This document shows positions 59,574-64,000 of a stretch of DNA of 64,000 bases, piece after piece. Below the pieces are notes generated by a model that saw only the letters and a program-made list of their open reading frames with translations, ran no database searches and was not told the origin of the DNA. The DNA lies in the NCBI GenBank assembly GCA_965224025.1, contig OZ245033.1, positions 4,512,001 through 4,576,000 on the forward strand, read 5' to 3'. Positions within the stretch are counted from its first letter, which is position 1; each line of letters starts with the position of its first letter. A program made the translations under genes and the position numbers. Source of the stretch: Candidatus Multivorans sp. (GTDB taxonomy: Bacteria > Acidobacteriota > Thermoanaerobaculia > Multivoradales > Multivoraceae).

Positions 59574-60655
59574 TCCTGGTAGAGGGCGGCGTCGGGCCGC
59601 CAGGGGGAGCGCTGACCGGCATAGACCGGCGATCCTTTGCGGAAGTGGGAGGCCTCGTCAAGGGTCTCCACGAAGGGCATCCGGCGTGGGTAGAGGTCGC
59701 CGTCCCGGGGTCGCGGCCCGGCCTTGGAGACATGACCCCAGAGCGGATGGCCGACCACCTCTTCCGCGATCCAGGCGGCCTCGATCAGCCTATCGAGCCG
59801 GTAGCCCGTCTCGACCCCGAGTTCGTGACAGAAGTCGACGAAATCCTCGGTCGGAACGTGACCGGCCGCTCGTCCGTTGCCGCAGTAGGGGCAACCTCCC
59901 ATGCCGCCGATCGAGGTGTCGAACTCACGCACGCCGAGCTTCAGGGCCTCGTAGTAGCTCGCGATCGAGGCGCCGCGCGTGTTGTGCAGATGGCAGTGGA
60001 AGTCGGTGATCTCCGGCCACCGCTCCCGGATCGCGAGGATCGTCTCCCGCACCTCGTGCGGCATGTTCCAGCCCATCGCCTCGATGATCGAGCAGCGGGT
60101 GACGGGAAGACCCGCCTGGCGCCAGCGGTCGATCATCAGCGCCAGCAGGTCGAGCCGCTGCTCGAGGGTGAACGGACCTTCGAAGTTCGAGCCGAAGGGA
60201 TTGCCGATCGCTACGGCGCCCGACTTGGCCCCGGCCGCGCGGGCCCGTTCGATCGTCGCCGGGATGCGCTCGATCTGCTGGGCCTGGGTCGCGTTGTAGT
60301 TGCGGCGGGCAAACGTGTCGCACAACTCGACGTGGGTGCCGATCCGGCGCTGCCGGACATCGAGCTTGGGATACCAGCGATCCGCGAGCTCGAACCCGAC
60401 CTGGTTGAAGATCGCGGCCGTGTAGCGGACACCCGGTTTGGGGACGAAACGCTCGGCGATCTCGTCGATGCATGCCATCTGGGGCGTCCACTTGGGGTGG
60501 GCGTAGGAACCGATCGAGATCACCTTGGCCCCGGTTTCGCCCAAGGCGTCGAGCAGCCGCAGCTTCTCCGACACCGGAATGTCGACGCTCTCGATCTGCA
60601 GCCCTTCCCTCATCGTGTCGTCCGTGATGGTCACGGACTTCGGCAGTTGGCCCAT
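59570..60655 (-). CDS. HMG-CoA lyase-like (DRE-TIM) enzyme
   Basis: DDTMREGLQ, HCHLHNTRG, GGMGGCPYC, VPTED. Confidence 0.88.
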   Translation of the reverse strand: MGQLPKSVTITDDTMREGLQIESVDIPVSEKLRLLDALGETGAKVISIGSYAHPKWTPQMACIDEIAERFVPKPGVRYTAAIFNQVGFELADRWYPKLDVRQRRIGTHVELCDTFARRNYNATQAQQIERIPATIERARAAGAKSGAVAIGNPFGSNFEGPFTLEQRLDLLALMIDRWRQAGLPVTRCSIIEAMGWNMPHEVRETILAIRERWPEITDFHCHLHNTRGASIASYYEALKLGVREFDTSIGGMGGCPYCGNGRAAGHVPTEDFVDFCHELGVETGYRLDRLIEAAWIAEEVVGHPLWGHVSKAGPRPRDGDLYPRRMPFVETLDEASHFRKGSPVYAGQRSPWRPDAALYQE

Positions 60656-60700
60656 CGGCAGATACCTCTGTCTGTCCTCGGATCAGGCTTCTTGTGGAAC

Positions 60701-60771
60701 GGGGACCCGGGTGGCGCGATTCGCGGCACCCGTGAACCAGTCCGTGCGCCCTTCAGCGGGCTCACGGAGGG
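60701..60771 (-). repeat. REP-like repeat, family A, copy 5 (diverged)
   Basis: Shares ACCCGGGTG...CCCGTGAACCAGTCCGTGCGCCC with copy 4. Confidence 0.75.
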
Positions 60772-60858
60772 AACGGCTTACCCTATCGCCGGCAACAGCA
60801 GTTCGGAAGGCGGGTTCGTCTCGGTGACCGCGACCCGTCGCTGTGTCAGGATCCGCCC

Positions 60859-62571
60859 GTGCGCGATCGCCTACTCCCTTACCTGGCGCTCGGCGCGACC
60901 GCGCTGGCCGTCCTGCTGCCCGGCATCGGCAGCCGCGACCTCTGGAACCCGGACGAGCCTCGCTACGCCGAAGTCGCGCGGGAGATGCTCGCACCGCCGC
61001 TCGCCCTCGAGCACTTCCTGGTGCCGCGCCTGAACGGCGAGACCTACACCCACAAACCGCCGCTCCACTTCTGGAACATCGCGCTGTTCGGCGCGCTGCG
61101 CGGCGGCGTCGACGAGGTGGCGGCGCGGCTGCCGTCTCTCTTCGCCGGCGTCGGTTCCGTGCTGGTCATCTTCGCGCTCGCCGGCCGGCTCTTCGGCCGG
61201 GCGACGGCGTGGCTCGCGGCGCCGATCTTTCTGACTTCGGCCCTCGTCATGTGGAACGCGCGGGTCGGCCAGATCGACATGACGCTCACGTTTCTGGAAC
61301 TGCTGGCGATCCTGTTCTGGGCGCGGGGACACTTCGGCGCCGCGGACGGGCCGGCCCGGGGGCGGTGGACCTGGGCGAACCTCGCCTTCTTCGCCTGCGC
61401 CGGCCTGGCGACCCTGGCCAAGGGCCCGGTGGGACTGATCGTGCCCCTTCTCGTCGTCATCGCATTCCTCGCCTTCGAGCGCGACCGCGCCGGCATCGCC
61501 GAGCTGCGGCTCGGCCGCGGACTGTTGCTGTGGGCGGGCGTCGTTCTGGTCTGGTTCGGCCCCGCGGTTTGGCTGGCCGGACGGTCCTACTTCGACGCCC
61601 TGCTGCTCGACCAGACCCTGTCCCGCTACGCGGGCGCCACGTACCACCAGAAGCCCTGGCACTACTACTTCCAGACCCTGCCCGGGACCTTCGGCCCCTG
61701 GACGCTGCTGGCCCCGGTCGCGATCTACGCCGCCTTCCGGCGCTCCCGCGAGGAGCCGCGAAGTCGCCAGGGCCAAGCCGTCCGCTTCCTGCTCATCTGG
61801 ATCGCCGGCACCTTCGTGTTCTTCAGCCTGTCCGGCGGCAAGCGCACCGTGTACCTGCTGGCGCTGACAGCGCCCCTGGCGATGCTCACCGCCCACGGCG
61901 CGCTCCTGATCCGGGACCGCTGGCCGCGCTACCGGGCGGCGTTTCTGCTTTCGGCGGCGACCGTGCCCCTGCTGTTCGGATTCCTGGTCGCGGCGGCGCC
62001 CATGGCGGCCCGCGACCTCCCCGAAGGCGCGATCTCCGAGGGCACGATCGGGGAGCTCCAACTGGTCGCGGCACTGCCCGCTCTAGCCGGTCTGGCGGGC
62101 CTCTGGCTGGCGGCGCGCCGCCGCCCCGATCTGCTGATAGCCTGCCTTGCAACCGGCCTCGGACTCGCCATGTCGGCCACCGCCGTGCGGTTGCTGCCGT
62201 TGGGCGACGCCTTCAAGTCGGCTCGCGCCCTCTCGCGCCATCTGGCCCAGTGGGCGGAACCCGACGAGCCGTACGCGATCTACCCCGTTCCCGATGCCGC
62301 CTTCCTGTTCTACACCCGGCGCTTCGCGGTTGACCTCCACGGCGGCACCCAGGTCCACGATCAGGGGGACGAACAAGCGCTCCGCCGGTTCGCGGCCCGC
62401 ACCGACAAGCCGGTCTGGCTGCTCATCGAGCGGGACAACCTGGACGCTCTGGAGCCGCCGATCGGGCTCGTTGAAGTGAGCCGAGATCACGATCCGCGTC
62501 AAGGCCACGTGTTGCTGACCACTCCGGAAGCCGCCGCACGCGTGGCGGCATCCGCGAAAGCGCAACGATGA
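60859..62571 (+). CDS. ArnT-like glycosyltransferase (GT-C; GT39/GT83)
   Basis: LWNPDEPRYAEVAREM, PRLNG...KPPL, AARLPS, LAKGPVG; many TM helices. Confidence 0.9.
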   Translation: MRDRLLPYLALGATALAVLLPGIGSRDLWNPDEPRYAEVAREMLAPPLALEHFLVPRLNGETYTHKPPLHFWNIALFGALRGGVDEVAARLPSLFAGVGSVLVIFALAGRLFGRATAWLAAPIFLTSALVMWNARVGQIDMTLTFLELLAILFWARGHFGAADGPARGRWTWANLAFFACAGLATLAKGPVGLIVPLLVVIAFLAFERDRAGIAELRLGRGLLLWAGVVLVWFGPAVWLAGRSYFDALLLDQTLSRYAGATYHQKPWHYYFQTLPGTFGPWTLLAPVAIYAAFRRSREEPRSRQGQAVRFLLIWIAGTFVFFSLSGGKRTVYLLALTAPLAMLTAHGALLIRDRWPRYRAAFLLSAATVPLLFGFLVAAAPMAARDLPEGAISEGTIGELQLVAALPALAGLAGLWLAARRRPDLLIACLATGLGLAMSATAVRLLPLGDAFKSARALSRHLAQWAEPDEPYAIYPVPDAAFLFYTRRFAVDLHGGTQVHDQGDEQALRRFAARTDKPVWLLIERDNLDALEPPIGLVEVSRDHDPRQGHVLLTTPEAAARVAASAKAQR

Positions 62572-63443
62572 ACGACGGCGACAGCCTGAGTCTGGCGCCA
62601 GACCTGGCCACGGACGCCACGGTGCCGCGGTTGGTCCAAGGCAGCGCCGCCGAGGCGCCCGCTACCGCCCCGCCGCGACCCGAGTCGCGGCGCAGCTTCG
62701 GCCCCCTCAGCCGCCGGCTGGCGGACCAGGGTCTGTTCCTGTTCCGGCACCGGGGGATGTTCGCCGTCTTCCTGCTACCCGCCGGCGTGCTCGCGGTCCT
62801 GGAACGCCGATCGGCGGCGCTCCCCGCGGACCCTGGCCTCGGTTGGCTCGCGGTGTGCCTCACGGTCTCCCTGGTCGGCATGGCCGTGCGAACGGCCGCC
62901 GTTGGATCGGCGCCACCCGGCGCCTCCACGCGCAGCCTGAGGGCGCCGAGCGCAAGCCTGCTGAACACCTCCGGCATGTACTCGCTCAGCCGTCACCCGG
63001 TCTATCTGGGCAACCTGTTCGTGCTGCTCGGGTTCGCGCTCGCGGTCAGGTCGTGGTGGTTCGTGCTCACCGCCGCCCTAGTCTACTGGCTGCTCTACGA
63101 GCGGGTGATCGCCGCCGAGGAACGCTTCCTCGGCGAGCGCTTCGGCGTCACCCATCGCCGCTGGGCCGAGCGCACGCCGACATTCTGGCCCCGTCCCCAC
63201 CTGTGGCGATCTCCCGACGCTCGCTTCAGTTGGCGCACTGTTCTGCTGCGGGAGTACAACTCGCTGCTGCTGATCGCCGCGATCTTCCTGTTCCTGCGCA
63301 TGGTCGACCAGGCAATCGTCCGCGACCTTGGCGCCGGCGCCTGGCTGAGGCAGGATCTTGCCCTCGCCGCCTCGGTGCTTGCGTTGGCGGTCGTGGTCGC
63401 TGTTGCACGGCAGGTGCGCAAGCGGGGGCGCTCGGGGCACTGA
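62568..63443 (+). CDS. ICMT/PEMT family membrane methyltransferase (lipid A phosphate methyltransferase LmtA-like)
   Basis: ATGA overlap; LNTSGMYSLSRHPVYLGN, YERVIAAEERFL...FG...W...TP.FWP, LREY. Confidence 0.75.
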   Translation: MNDGDSLSLAPDLATDATVPRLVQGSAAEAPATAPPRPESRRSFGPLSRRLADQGLFLFRHRGMFAVFLLPAGVLAVLERRSAALPADPGLGWLAVCLTVSLVGMAVRTAAVGSAPPGASTRSLRAPSASLLNTSGMYSLSRHPVYLGNLFVLLGFALAVRSWWFVLTAALVYWLLYERVIAAEERFLGERFGVTHRRWAERTPTFWPRPHLWRSPDARFSWRTVLLREYNSLLLIAAIFLFLRMVDQAIVRDLGAGAWLRQDLALAASVLALAVVVAVARQVRKRGRSGH

Positions 63444-63504
63444 CACCCACGCAACCGGGCTCCAATTCCAGGGAAGCAACAACGGTCGAGATCCGTTGAC
63501 GCCA

Positions 63505-64000
63505 ATGACCGAAACGCCGATGACCGCCCGCCTCAGGATCGCCGCAACCCTGGCCGCGTCGCTGCTGGCTTTGGCCGGCAGCGGGCCGCTGGGCGCCGAG
63601 ACCGGTCGACTCGAGGAGGGTCGGGACGAGTCGGAAGAGGCAGGGCCCGCTGGCCGGGATGCTGCCCCCAAACCGCTCGACACCCGTTTCGTCCGCTGGC
63701 TGGAGCGCGTCGGGCCGCTGATCAGCGAAGAGGAGCGGGAGTTCTTCGTCAACCTTCCCGAGGACTACAGGCGCGAGGCGTTCATCCAGGCCTTCTGGAA
63801 GGCCCGCGACCCCGATCCCAGGACGCCGCTGAACGAACTCCATGTGCTCTGGGAGGACCGCGTGGACGCGGCACTCAGTCAGTGGGGCGCTCTCGAGGAT
63901 GCCCGCGCCCTCTTTTACCTTCTGAACGGCGCGCCGGGTCGGTTCACCTTGCCCGACGGGCGCACCGCCTCGTACTGCCTCTCGCGCGGCAGCGAGTTGG
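63505..64000 (+). CDS. GWxTD domain-containing secreted protein (partial, runs off the right edge)
   Basis: Own translation: signal peptide, WLERVGPLISEEEREFF...REAFIQAFWKARDPDPRTPLNE...DARALFYLLNGAP. Confidence 0.85.
   Translation, partial: MTETPMTARLRIAATLAASLLALAGSGPLGAETGRLEEGRDESEEAGPAGRDAAPKPLDTRFVRWLERVGPLISEEEREFFVNLPEDYRREAFIQAFWKARDPDPRTPLNELHVLWEDRVDAALSQWGALEDARALFYLLNGAPGRFTLPDGRTASYCLSRGSEL

Noticed and set aside
857-60771. CRISPR array made of the palindromic repeats
   Set aside because: Copies are dispersed and single, with no regular repeat-spacer period and no cas genes

Overview
High-GC bacterial chromosomal window, about 58 CDS. A GWxTD protein, secreted ankyrin proteins, TonB-C/TPR proteins and many SSS transporters suggest an Acidobacteriota genome, possibly a sponge-type symbiont (inference only). 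The backbone is catabolic and transport genes (hydrolases, acyl-CoA ligases, GMC/PQQ/Gfo oxidoreductases, three SSS symporters) dotted with three families of REP-like repeats. The accessory region at about 38.4-53.3 kb has two parts: (i) a tandem array of ankyrin genes alternating with decayed DUF2442 genes and hit by a deleted IS3-like element; (ii) a defence island with an amino-MTase, a controller-HTH/restriction-endonuclease fusion, an IS256 with a 9-bp TSD, a nucleoside-deoxyribosyltransferase/TIR-like protein ending in an SSB-like DDGIPF tail, and an AbiE pair with an upstream palindrome. Features the ORF track misses or obscures include a UGSC-type selenoprotein split at an in-frame TGA with a SECIS-like hairpin, a single-polypeptide MNT-HEPN fusion, and an orphan VapC. 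No rRNA, tRNA or CRISPR array was recognised. All product calls come from motif recognition by eye; no database searches were run.
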